Shown: positions 44,199 to 55,889 of the stretch, one piece after another
Layout: each line of letters begins with the position of its first letter
Position numbering within the stretch: the stretch's first letter is position 1
Assembly: GCA_964016885.1 (NCBI GenBank)
Contig: OZ024744.1
Coordinates: 39,990,001-40,054,000 of the forward strand
Length of the DNA: 64,000 nucleotides
Reading direction: 5' to 3'
Source of the DNA: Eledone cirrhosa
Lineage: Eukaryota
The notes under the pieces: model-generated
What the model was told of the DNA's origin: nothing
Databases searched by the model: none
What the model saw: the letters and a program-made list of their open reading frames with translations, nothing else
Position numbers and translations under genes: made by a program

Positions 44199-44617
44199 AT
44201 ATATATATATATTATAATTGAATATAAAAGAAAAACGAACACAGATATATAGATATATGCGTTCAAATCGCAAGGGACCAGATTCGCGACTGATGAGCAA
44301 GAATTGGTATTTCTATTCACAATTAATATTGTGAAACAGCACCAAGTTGTCTGGGTTATCGGTAGTTACCACAATTCCAGTTTGTATTTATTTTCTAAAT
44401 TTTTTCTTAAATTGAGACAGGCAAACCCTATTGTCTGTAGTTAGTATTCTTTTCACCTTAGCGAATCTGGTCCCTTACAATTTGAACACATATATCTATA
44501 TATCTATGTTGGTTTTTCTTTTATATTCAATTATAATATACGGCTCGGAAATATCTCTTTCTTAGAGCTATTTTATTGTAAGAGACTATTTTGAGTTCCT
44601 AACTCAATATATACCTT

Positions 44618-44648
<31 letters not shown>
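44199..44648 (+). mobile_element. (TA)n-flanked non-coding element with an 80-bp inverted repeat and a hammerhead core (Penelope-like pLTR derivative)
   Basis: IR 44208-44287 / 44461-44540; CTGATGA 44290, GAAAC 44333, GTC 44349; terminus 44541-44620 similar to those at 52078-52162 and 56503-56590. Confidence 0.7.
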
Positions 44649-44650
<2 letters not shown>

Positions 44651-45224
44651 TTGAAAATGCTATTGGAATCTTTAAAAAGGTAAACCTTCTTCAAGATTCC
44701 AATTGTATTTTCAACTTCTTTTTCCTATATTTTCACTTGTGTGGGATATATTAAAAAACCTAACTTTTGAATATATATATAGGTTCATGTGTCTGAAATG
44801 TTCAGTCACTTACATGTTAATTTCCTAAGCAGGCAATTCTACTCAATAAATCAACTGGAGCACTCGTCATAAAAAATGTCTAACATTGGCAACAACACTC
44901 ATACACACACACATGCACATGCACATATAAACACCACACACACATACACAAACACAACACACATGTGCACACACACACATACACATGCACGTGTACCCCC
45001 ACACACATACTTGTCAAGGGGTTCTTTCTGAGGCATTGTTTGATGACCAAATGCTCAACCTAGAGTCAACCCTATTAGTCACCTCTTATGACACACAGGA
45101 ACTTAGTGCCAATGAAACTGGGATAAGCTCTGGGTTTTGAGCCTCCAGGTTTGGAACAGTTGGTTTGTCCTACCTCCATTTTACATACCAAATTTTTGGC
45201 TCCATACTTGACTTATCCGTAAGT

Positions 45225-45563
45225 CACAGGTTGTTTTTATCAATAGCCCATGCAGTAAAGAGGTTGTGTAGGTGACACGACAAAAGGTACCCAGTCCACA
45301 CTATAAAGTGGTTGTGTAGGTGACACAACAAAAAGTACCCAGTCCACACTGTAAAGAGGTTGTGTAGGTGTCATGACAAAAGGCACCCATACCACACTGT
45401 AAATGTGGTTGGCGTTAGGAAGGGCATCTAACCATAGAAACCTAGCCAGAAACAGTTCTATATGAGTAAGACATGGTCACCTGACCCTTTTTGCCTCTAA
45501 TGGGACAATCCGTCTAACCCATGCTAGCATGGAAATGGGTGTTAAATGATGATGATGATGATG
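45225..45563 (+). mobile_element. RTE-A 3' UTR fragment with internal approximately 45-bp repeats and (GAT)n tail
   Basis: GTGTAGGTGACAC...CCAGTCCACACT repeats; CCCATGCTAGCATGGAA terminal hairpin; tail. Confidence 0.85.
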
Positions 45564-45849
45564 AATACTGGATAACATTTCCACCAAAATATTCTAAAAT
45601 AAACAACATACTTTTTCTATAATATTTCTAATAAAACTACATCTAAACAAATCCTTAGCTCTTTATGAATAAATACATGTTAATGAATAAATACATGTTA
45701 ATTCTCTGCTTTAATAATTCTAATTCATTTCTTTAATCAGATGCAGCAGCATATTTTATTAAATTTCATCACATGCAACAACAAAATAAGTATCACACTA
45801 CAGCTACCCTGATACATACTCACCTTCTTCTCCATATTTTATTTATATA

Positions 45850-46188
45850 TAAAGGGTAAAGACACTCTTTAGTCACTAATGACCAGGAGATTTGCATCTA
45901 GAAAGTAGTTCCCCTCCGAGGCACAGGTCCAGACAAGGTTCTTTGTGGAAGACCAGCAGTCGCTGATGCATACTAGTCACACCTCTCCACACCCAGATAT
46001 TGTCCAAGGGAAAGGCTAAGGCCAATACAGCTTGGTACCAGTGACATTACAACTCATTTCTACAGCTGAGTAAACTGGAGCAATGTGAGATAAAGTGTCT
46101 TGCTCAGGAATACAACACAAATCCCAGTCTGAGAATCAAACTCACAACCTCACGATTTTAAGCCCAATACTTTAACCTCTAAACCATT
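45850..46188 (-). mobile_element. tRNA-derived SINE with S2-type head and a different 3' part
   Basis: Reverse complement gives A/B-box-like head and CTGAGCAAGACACTTTA...CCAGTTTACTCAGCTG as at 63814-63945. Confidence 0.75.
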
Positions 46189-46284
46189 CCGGTATAAAAA
46201 TCGTGTTGGGAAGTTTATCAACATAAGATAGTGCAACTAACAATGCAATACTGCTCCCACATCTGTGATGATGCTGCTCTTGCT

Positions 46285-47383
46285 CATCATCATCATCATC
46301 ATCATTTTACGTCCGCTTTTCCCTGCTTGCAAGGGTGGGATGGGTCCTATTCAGCACAGCATCTCTCCACCTGTCACGGTCCTTTGTCATCTCCTTGGTG
46401 AGTTTCAGCGATCTGAGGTCTGCTCTCACCACCTCCGGCCATGTTTTTCGTGGTCTTCCTCTACTGCATCTTCCTTCTACTAGGATTTCCTGGCACCTGT
46501 TCAATCATCGGTCATCCTCCATGTGCATCACATGTCCATACCATGTCAGTCTTCTCTCCTGCACACCACAACATATCCCTGTTATACCCAGTTTCCCTCT
46601 CAACTCATCCATGCTTGGTTGTTCATGCACATTGACATTGCAAATCCAACAGAGCATGCTTGCTTCATTTCTCTCCAACCATCGCATAGCCTCTGCAGTT
46701 GCTGCCCATGTCTCACTACCATGCAGCATCACGCATCTCACACAGGCTTCATGTAACCGTCCTTTGCCTGCTATCCCACTACATCTCTTGTGTACCCAAG
46801 ATCTGCATTGCTTACATTTTATGGAATTTATGCCAGTTCCTTTTCTACATATCGAACATGGCCATTTCCCTGATGGAATCAGAGTATTGTCCTCTCTTCT
46901 ACTTATCAACACTTTTGTCTTAGCTATGTTCACTCTCGGTGCTCTTGATTCCTACTGCTGTTTCCATAGCCAGAATTTATTCTCTAGCTCCTCTACTGAT
47001 TCTGCTATAAGAACCAGATCGTCAGCATAGACAAGTTCCCATGGGCATCCAGTCTTAAACTCCTCTTTTATGGCTTGGAGGACTATAATGAACAAGGCTG
47101 AGGACCGAACCCTACTTGTATCTGGAATTCCTCACTAAACTCCATTCCTACTCTCACTTTACTGACAGCGTCTCTGTACATAGCTTGCACTGTCCTTACA
47201 AGCCATTCCTCCACACCTAGTTTCCTTAGGGACCACCAGATGACAGATTGGGGTACCCTATCAAAGGCCTTCTCTAGGTCAACAAAAGCTAAGTATAGTG
47301 GCTTATTCTTCTCTAAGAACCTCTCTTGTAGTTGCCTCACTAAGAAGAGGGCATCTGTTTTACTTTTCTGAGGCACAAAACCA
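46285..47383 (-). mobile_element. 5'-truncated, internally deleted RTE LINE, subfamily B
   Basis: FVDLEKAFDRV, YADDL, WPCSIC...WVHKRC, GRPRKTW; very similar to 59940-61275. Confidence 0.93.
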
Positions 47384-47384
47384 C

Positions 47385-49795
47385 CATCATCATCATTTAA
47401 CGTCCATCTTCCACGCTAGCATGGGTTAGACGAGAATTGTCCCACTTGAGGCAAGGTTGGTCGGGTGACTGTGTCTTGCTCGTATAGGACTGTCTGGCAG
47501 GTTTTCTATGGCTGGATGCCCTTCCTAACACCAACCACATTTACAGTGTGGACTGGGAGCTTTTTACCGTGTTACCTACACGGCCACAGTACAGCGTGGT
47601 CTGTGTTTTTTTTATCGTGACACCTACACGACCTCGATCTCGATCTCATTATCTCATTTATTTGGACTGGATGTTGTGGTACCAACTTTACAGAGAGAGG
47701 GTGGTGTTGGTGGGAGTGGGAGGATGGAGTAAGGGTAGTGGGTTGAGGTGTATATTTGGTTAAGAGGTGCCTACTGACTGTAGGTTTCGTTTTGTACATA
47801 GGCAAGGTGGGTATCTTGCGCCAAAGATCTTGGTCCAGTGACATTGTCTTGGAGAGGTGCAAGTGTGTAAGGTCAGAATTTATCAAGTCATCCCAGGTTT
47901 TTCTGGGTCTACCTACTCCGTAACTTCCATCCATTTTGATCCCCCTGCACTTTTTTATACAGCTGTCGTCTTTCATGCGCATCATGTGACCATACCAACG
48001 TAGTCTTCTCTCGAGTAAACAGCATCTGATCCCTCTTATTCCTAATTTCTCACTTAGTTCATGTATGTTTTGCCGTTCACGTATACCAGTATTACACATC
48101 CAACGGAGCATGTATGCTTCGTTCCTTTCCAGTCTGAACAGGTCCTCTGCACACAATGCCCATATCTCACTACCATGTAGCATTGCTGTTCTTGTACAGG
48201 CATCATACAATCTGCCTTTCATTTTCAGAGAGAAACCTTTTGTGGCCAACATCAGTATAAGCTCTCTGAACTTTTTCCATCCCGTTCTGACTCTGGCTAC
48301 TGTACTTTCAGAACACCCTCCACCATTGCTGATTTTGTCACCCAGGTAACGGAAGGTGACCACTATTTCTATAGAACCATCTGGGCAATAGAAGGAGCTA
48401 GTATCCTGTGGGCATTTGCTACTTATTGCACCTCAGCATCGGCCACATATAAAATCTACGTTCTTAGGTAGTTTATCTGTGATCCCACTACATCTTTTAT
48501 GTACCCATAGTTTGCATTTAGGATATAAAATGGAATTTGTACCTACTCCTTTCCTACACATTGAGCATGGCCATTTCCCAGAGGGCACCTGAGCCCTATT
48601 TTCCTTTCTACATACTAGAACTTTAGTCTTAGACAAGTTAACTTTAAGGCTTTTTGATTCTAGGCCATGCTTCCATGTTTGGAATTTCTTTTCTAGTTAG
48701 ATCATCTGCATATAGAATTTCCCATGAGCAGCCGGTCTTAAACTCCTCTGTTATAGCCTGAATAATAAATAGGAGGGTGCTAAGGTCAGAGCCTTGAGGC
48801 TATAACAGAGGAGTTTAAGCCATTCATCTACACCTAGTTTTCTAAGAGCCCACCAGATAATGGAGCAGGGGACTCTGTCAAAAGCTTTCTCAAAGTCAAC
48901 AAAAGCTAAGTATAGGGGTTTACTTTTAGCTAGGTACTTCTACTGTAGTTGTCGTACAAGGAAAAGAGCGTCTGTGGTACTTTTACCTGACACAAACCCA
49001 AACTGCATTTCATCTAGATCAATTCGCTCTCTGATTAGTTGTACTATAACTCTTTCTGTGACCTTCATGACCTGGTCAACTAACTTAATGCCTCTATACT
49101 TTCCCCTATCTAGAGCATCTCCTTTACCCTTGTAGCAGTTAATGATGATGCTGCTACACCAGCCATTTGGTATGACCCCATTCTGTATTACTTGATTTAC
49201 TATCCGGGTGACCATAGTATGTCCCACCATTCCAGATGCTTTCAACATCTCAGCAACTATCTCCGAAGGCCCAGCTGCCTTGCTTGTCTTCATATCTTTG
49301 ATTGCCTTACTTATTATGCTACCTTTAACTTGCACCGCTGGTCCCTCTATTGGATCGATTTGAAGCACACTATCTTTTTCTCATTTATTCTCCTCATTTA
49401 GTAGTCTCTTATAGTGACACTTCCAAGCTATCTTCTTATCAGTATCAGTGAGGGCAAGTACACCATCATCATTACAGACACACTTCTCCCCGACAATATC
49501 ACGGTTTTCCTTGACACATTGTCTTGCAATCCTGAACACGTCACGTTTTTGATCCTCGCATCGTAGAATATGCTTGAACTTTCTATCCTCTGCTTCCCTT
49601 TTTGCAAGGTACACTTGTGTCCTAGCTTCTTTCCTGGCCACTTGATAGTTTTCTCTACTTCCCCCACCCTGCCATACTTTCCAAGCGTGCTTTTGGTCTT
49701 AATTGTCTCCTCCACGTTACTGTTCCACCCCAAGTTACTCTCCTCCTCCCTATAAGTCTGCTCCAGCCACAGATTTCATCTATCACTTTCAGCAG
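47385..49795 (-). mobile_element. 5'-truncated RTE-A LINE, decayed
   Basis: RT and C-terminal motifs in ORFs 48940-49368, 48433-48636 and 47572-48363; 3' UTR and tail match the 32891 copy. Confidence 0.95.
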
Positions 49796-50208
49796 GTGTG
49801 TATGTGTGTGTGTATCACATCATGTCCATTGGTAAGCCACTTAGTTAATTTGTTTAATCCTTTTGACACCAAACCATCTGAAACCACCCTTGGTTCTATG
49901 ATATTAAGCAGTTTGTTTTAAAGTGTTTATATCTATATACAAAAACAATTTCCACTTAGTTCCTGGAATTTCTTCCATGTGCATCTCACTCTAGATACTG
50001 TTGCAGAATTTAATCCACCCTTTTCATTCAACATATCTCCAAGGTAACAAAGCATTTTCACACTTTCCATCTTCACACCATTCCCAAGAATCAGCCCAAT
50101 ATTCTCTTCATTAATATACCACTACATAAATACTATTCAAAGAAATGTTTTTATTTATTTCACCATGAGTTATCCATCTAATTTATCAAAGCATTATTAT
50201 GCTTTTTA

Positions 50209-50442
50209 GGATGGTGGATCGGAGGTGTCAGTAGAGTGTTGGACAACATGCTGTACTGCATAGAGTTACAGCCCTTTACATTCTGAGTTCAAATACTGTC
50301 AAGGTTAGCTTTGCCTTTCATCTTTACAGGTAGATAAAATAAAGTACCAGTAACGTTCTGGGGTTGATTTAATTGGGGTCGATTTAATTCCCCCACCCCT
50401 TAAAATTGCTGGCCTTGTGTCTAAAGTAGAAACAATTATTAT
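50209..50442 (+). mobile_element. tRNA-derived SINE, family S1
   Basis: B-box-like GAGTTCAAAT, core TTTGCCTTTCATC...GATAAAATAAAGTACCAG, end GGCCTTGTG..AAAGTAGAAACAATTA. Confidence 0.85.
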
Positions 50443-50895
50443 ATGATACTTTTTAAATTGTGTTTTTTTAAAATTGCCATAACTGGTTGTTAACTGTAAC
50501 CATGTCTTCCTTTACAGACATTTGTTTCACAGGAGATATGTTGAAACAAATATACTTGTTGTATATTGTGCAACATTGAGATTGGTGTATGGAGTGATGC
50601 TAATGTGTGTATGTGTATATTCATAAAGTTGTGTAGAATATATTAGTTATAGAGATTTCAAAGTTATCTCACCACTCTCTCTTTGCTGCTGCTGTTGTTG
50701 TTGTTGTTGCTCTTGTTGTTGTTATTGTTCCTGGTGTTGCTGCTGTTGTTTACATCATACTGTCAAATCCAATTTTATCTTACCATTTAATATTATACAA
50801 TCCATGTCACATAGATGATATTTCTTTATATGAAATGTCAAATTCTATATATCTATGAAATAATATTTCTGCAAGATTGGCAATATTGCTCTCTA

Positions 50896-50928
<33 letters not shown>

Positions 50929-51300
50929 CCCCACTCTCAAGCGTGAAACTAATACTAATATCATTTGTAGTGCCTCTTCGTTTTTCTGTTTTTTGTTCTC
51001 TGTTTATTTATTAAACTATATATATATATAGAGATATGTATATATGTACCCCCCCCCCCATATATATATAGCAGTTACATCTCCACCCCTTTAACAGTTG
51101 TCAGACGTCAACCTGATACATCTGTATCATATCAGTTCGTTTACTATGCTAGTGCTATCATTACACTATATTTTTTACTTATATTGATGTTATTATTTTA
51201 ACTGTTCAGTATCTAGTTATTTTATTATTGATATTGTTCTGGTCTAACACCACTCTTCTATAAAAGCCATGCCTTAAGTATTTTTTCTTCACTTCCGCAC

Positions 51301-51407
51301 GCTCTGATGAAACGATTAGGTATAAACAAAGTATTGGAGATCGATTGTCGCAACAGCAAGCAAGTAGCGAACTCTAGACATACCAAATCGAAGAAACAAT
51401 TGTCAGC
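51301..51407 (+). ncRNA. Type-I hammerhead ribozyme candidate within a (TA)n-flanked element (51071-51470)
   Basis: GCT-CTGATGA (51304)-long stem II (CGATTAGGTAT / ATACCAAATCG)-GAAAC (51393)-AATT-GTC (51402)-AGC; stem I GCT/AGC; palindromic ACAATTGT stem III. Confidence 0.75.
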
Positions 51408-51490
51408 AATGTGAATAAAGCCCTTATTGTATAGCCAACCATGTCACTCTTCTTTCTTGAATTATTATATATATATATATATGTGTATAG

Positions 51491-52050
51491 GATAACAAGA
51501 TATCATTAAAGGTAATCCGATTAGAGTTTGTGAAAACTTCTTATCATGAATAGTTTAAGCGTACGGTGTTGTAAGATGACTCAACAAGAGGTTTACGTGG
51601 ATGACAAGTTTATGACTTCACTTGTATTCCTGTGTAAGTATATCTTGGAGTAATAAAATTGAAAAATTGAAGAATAACATGGTCGACAGTACAAACAAGG
51701 AAATTTATTTACAGTCTAACAATTGTTTCTATGATAGAGTTGTCTAAAAATTTCTAAACACAGAAGGTAGTGTCACTCTGTGTTTAGAAATTTTTAGACA
51801 ACTCTATCATAGAAACAATTGTTAGACTGTAAATAAATTTCCTTGTTTGTACTGTCGACCATGTTATTCTTCAATTTTTCAATTTTATTACTCCAAGATA
51901 TACTTACACAGGAATACAAGTGAAGTCATAAACTTGTCATCCACGTAAACCTCTTGTTGAGTCATCTTACAACACCGTACGCTTAAACTATTCATGATAA
52001 GAAGTTTTCACAAACTCTAATCGGATTACCTTTAATGATATCTTGTTATC
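51491..52050. repeat. Perfect palindrome, 274-bp arms with a 12-nt spacer (51765-51776), (TA)n-flanked
   Basis: Arms are exact reverse complements by eye; each contains GAAACAATTGTT, a hammerhead 3' half. Confidence 0.96.
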
Positions 52051-52075
52051 TTATATACATACACATATATATATA

Positions 52076-52752
52076 TATCACAATAAATTAACGGAGCCAT
52101 AGACTCTCGCTATTCCCTGTCAATAATGTGCTCAAAGGAGAAGGTGTCCTGAGCTCTTTAAAATAAAATATGTTGAAAAGGTAACACACTAGAGAGAGAT
52201 AGTGCGCCTTCAATAAAACAGGGAAAACCACCAGTGTATGGAATCTATAACCTATGCAAGGCAGGGTAGACACACGATAATTAAAAATATAAATTAAAGT
52301 GTAAATACGCAGCTCTATAACTATATAACACAAATCCAAAGAGATCTGTTTCGCCAAATAAGTTGTTCACTGAAAAGAAGTAGGCCATGGTTCATCAGCG
52401 TGTGTAAGGCTATACATTCCTGACAACTCTAAGAGAATCTAAAGCGACTGTCCAGCTACACGTGGGAGAGAAATGTCATAGCGTTTTAGGGCAGTGAACC
52501 AGTGGTGTCTGAGGGATGAGCTGCTAGAAAGGGCAGCCCAAAACCATTCAGAGAAGTGTGCTCAACCAAACAGAGAGAGAGGAAAGACTGTTATAAGGAG
52601 CGAAATATCACGATAAATTAACGGAGCCATAGACTCTCACTATTCCCTGCCTTTCATAGGTTATAGATTCCATACACTGGTGGTTTTCCCTGTTTTATTG
52701 ATGGCACATTATCTCTCTCTAGTGTGTTACCTTTACAACATATTGTATTTTA
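52076..52752 (-). mobile_element. (TA)n-flanked Penelope-like non-coding element with direct and inverted repeats and a hammerhead core
   Basis: DR 52076-52119 / 52606-52649; IR 52159-52266 / 52645-52752; on the - strand CTGATGA (52398-52392) and GAAAC (52352-52348). Confidence 0.72.
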
Positions 52753-52949
52753 TATATATGCTAATACGTGTTTGTATGTTTGTATGTATTTTTGTATATA
52801 TGTATGTACGTGTGTATATATGTATGCACGTATGTATGGTTTTGTGAGTGTATTAATGTATATAAATTTGTATGAGTGTATGTGCATACCTAGCTATATA
52901 TATATGCCTATATTTACATATGCATATACATTATATATTTACTACATTA

Positions 52950-53122
52950 TCGGTAGAGAGTTGGACACCATGCTTTGAAGCATAGAGTTACGTCCCTTTA
53001 TGATCTGAGTTCAAATCTCGCCGAGGTTAACTTTGCCTTTCATCCTTACGGGGTCGATAAAATAAAGTACCAGTAATGTACTGGGTAATTGCTAGCCTTG
53101 TGCCTAAAAATAGAAACAATTA
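52950..53122 (+). mobile_element. tRNA-derived SINE, family S1
   Basis: Near-identical to 57652-57832. Confidence 0.85.
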
Positions 53123-53220
53123 TATATTTACTATGTATACTATATATATTTATATATGACTATCCAAACTGAACCTGAACCGATAAGGTCTGGTTTCTTA
53201 GGTATGTCACCATTTATAAA

Positions 53221-53293
53221 ACAAATTTTGTATTTTATCTGATGACTCCAGAAAACCTTTAGAGTGCTTCGAATCTGTTATAAATAAATTTGT
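53221..53293 (+). ncRNA. Degenerate hammerhead-like motif in a (TA)n-flanked element
   Basis: ACAAATTT..TTTAT-CTGATGA (53239)-CTC...GAG-GAATC-T-GTT-ATAAA.AAATTTGT; good stem I, but GAAAC is mutated. Confidence 0.45.
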
Positions 53294-54420
53294 TGAATAA
53301 CCAACAAATTAAATATCTCTTTGCTTTATATATATATATATAGTTAGGAAAGCAGAAAATTGCTTATTGTAATCCAGTTCGTGGTTAAGATAGCCAGTTT
53401 CTTGGACGGTTTCCAACATACGGTTAGGGGTAACTCCATAAGTTTGCAAGAATGTGGTTAGTAAATCACGTTCAATCTTGGAGTATAAAGAATAAAAGAG
53501 AAAACACAGGTAAGCATTAAAAAAAAAGATTTTATCCAGGTATTTACGACCGTTTCATTGGTAAGCGCAACCTTATATCGCTATACTGCAAATAGCAGCC
53601 ACTCGATAATAATTGTTATTCACCTCCAAATTTTCAAAATAATGAATAAATTACTTGTAAAAGATTCTTAATATATAAAAAAATATTTTTTTGGAATCAA
53701 TTTATTGCAACCATAGACTTAAAGACAAATTTTCGCACTACAAGTGCAAATCGAACCCTTAACCTCCTACTACCACATGACAAACTGCATATACTTAGAC
53801 TTTCTACCCTCTTCTTGAATCTAACCCCTTTAATTTCCCACAGTAACCAATACTTATGTCCCTCTCTCCTCCTTCAATCCTATTCTCTTTTTTAGTTTTT
53901 TCTTTTCTTCTCTCCCTTTTTTTTGTTCTCTTTTCTTTTCTTTTTTCTCTTCCTCCTTTTTTATATCTATATTTATCTCTCTATCTCCCCCCACCCCCGG
54001 AGTAAAATCACGAAATAGTGTGGGTTTTTTTCACTTGTGTGTATATGCATGTGGTATGTATCTGTATATAGACTTGTGTGTATATTGTTGTTTATTGATT
54101 TTTGAAGTACTTACTGCGATCCCTAAGGATCGCAGTGATTTTTGATTTTTTGTTTTTTTTTCCCCGTCCATGTCCACACGTGGTTTGTTGGTGAAAATCA
54201 AATCAAATCAAATATACTTCGTTAAAATAATTCTATGTTGAAGCTGGTACTAGTAGTCAGGGAACAGTCAAAGTATTTGTAATAATGAATATTGTAATCC
54301 ATTTGACATGTGTTTAAAGGGCAGTTTTTGGCGATAATAAGGGTGATTGACCCATTATCAATACAGGTACACTTTTCATTGCCCCCCACCCAAGCCCCCT
54401 AAATACATATATCTATATCT

Positions 54421-54458
<38 letters not shown>

Positions 54459-54628
54459 GTATAAAGAGCCCAGAATATATATTCCTTGAGCTCCCTAAAC
54501 TATAGGGAACTATAGGGAATGATGATGATGATGATGATGATATGTAAAAGGTAAACAAATAACAACACAATCGGTACAGTATATGGAAGGAATATATTAG
54601 GTTAACACTTGATATAGCAGGAAGAGGG

Positions 54629-54664
54629 TCTTAACGTTTCGGATGCTAGTCTTTCATCAGAAGA
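54629..54664 (-). ncRNA. Minimal type-I hammerhead candidate
   Basis: - strand TCTT-CTGATGA-AAGACTAGCATCC-GAAAC-GTT-AAGA; stem I TCTT/AAGA; stem III reduced to palindromic AACGTT. Confidence 0.6.
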
Positions 54665-54759
54665 AAGAATGAGAAATAAGATAGATTGAGGGGTTGGAAT
54701 TGGAAAAAAATGTCTTTAGATAAAAATAACAGGTCCATTCATGTTGACATCTCTTGCAA

Positions 54760-55865
54760 AACTGTTGATGCTAGTGTTATAACTTTGATAACTTTCGGCC
54801 AGTATTGGCCCAGGCCATGTTGAACTTAATAGCACCACCTGGCAAAGTCTTTCAAATCAGGATTTGGGCACCATGGCCCACTCAAGTAGAAAGTTATTGT
54901 TTACGGAGGCATATGGGAGGTGTAGGAGGTTTATCCGGGATTTCTTGAAGGAATTTGTTTATGGGGTCTGTTTCTGTTTTAATGTGTTTTGGTGTAATGT
55001 TAAAGAGAGCAGGGCCAATTGAGGTGAAATAATTGTGCTGTATTGTTGTTATGAGATGCGAGTGAGATTTTTGGGTGTACCTTAAAGGTGATGTCAACAT
55101 CATTTGGGCAATGCTGATGGAACATTTTCCATATAATGTAGTGCTCACGGCGACATTGAAGAGAATAAAGGTTGAGCTTTTCTAATCGATTCCAATAGTC
55201 AAGGCCTGTCATGCCATCTATCTTTTTTGTAATTGAACTTTAGAGTGCTTCGACTTTCATGATACTTTGTTTCGTGTGGGGAGACCACAGTGGACAACAG
55301 TATTCAAGGTGGGGTCAGGCAAAAGTGGAGAAGAGAAGGATAACAGTGTGGATATCTCTCGAGTGGAAGGTTCTGAGAATCCTGGGACACATTCTATGGG
55401 CCATGTCAACTTTGCTGTTTATATGAGTAGCCCAGCTTATGTTGTTGTCCACAATTACTCCCAAGTCTTTAATGTTGTTGGATGCCATGAGAGTTTCACC
55501 AGAAGGAAGAGAGTATGGGAGTTTCAGGGCATCCTTTTTTCCAAAGTGGATTAACTCGAACTTATCCTCATTCAGTAGCATATTATTCTTTTCTGCCCAT
55601 TGGATAACAACCAGTAGGTCTGCCTGAAGGCAAGTCCAGTCACCCACCTCATTGATGACCCTTTGGAGCTTGGAATCATCTGCGAAGATTCTTATGTTGC
55701 TGTGCTTGATGATGTCAGTAATGTCATTAATGTAGATGATGAAAAGAAGTGGGCCCAACACAGTGCCTTGTGGGATACTACTACTGACTTTGGCTGGGCT
55801 TGACTTTACACCTTGACTACAACATGTTGAGCACTTGATCCACTGTAGTAACTTTCCAGAGACAC
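54760..55865 (-). mobile_element. 5'-truncated LINE of the CR1/L2/Jockey group (RT 3' half)
   Basis: PQGTVLGPLLFIIYINDI, IRIFADDSKL, KDLGVIVD and RLEKLNLYSL motifs; frameshifted. Confidence 0.9.
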
Positions 55866-55889
55866 CATATATATATATATATATATATA

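Noticed and set aside
43883-44320. His-, Thr- and Gly/Asp-rich ORFs (and similar YI/TH-repeat ORFs elsewhere)
   Set aside because: Translations of (GAT/GGT)n, (TA)n and (CA)n microsatellites.
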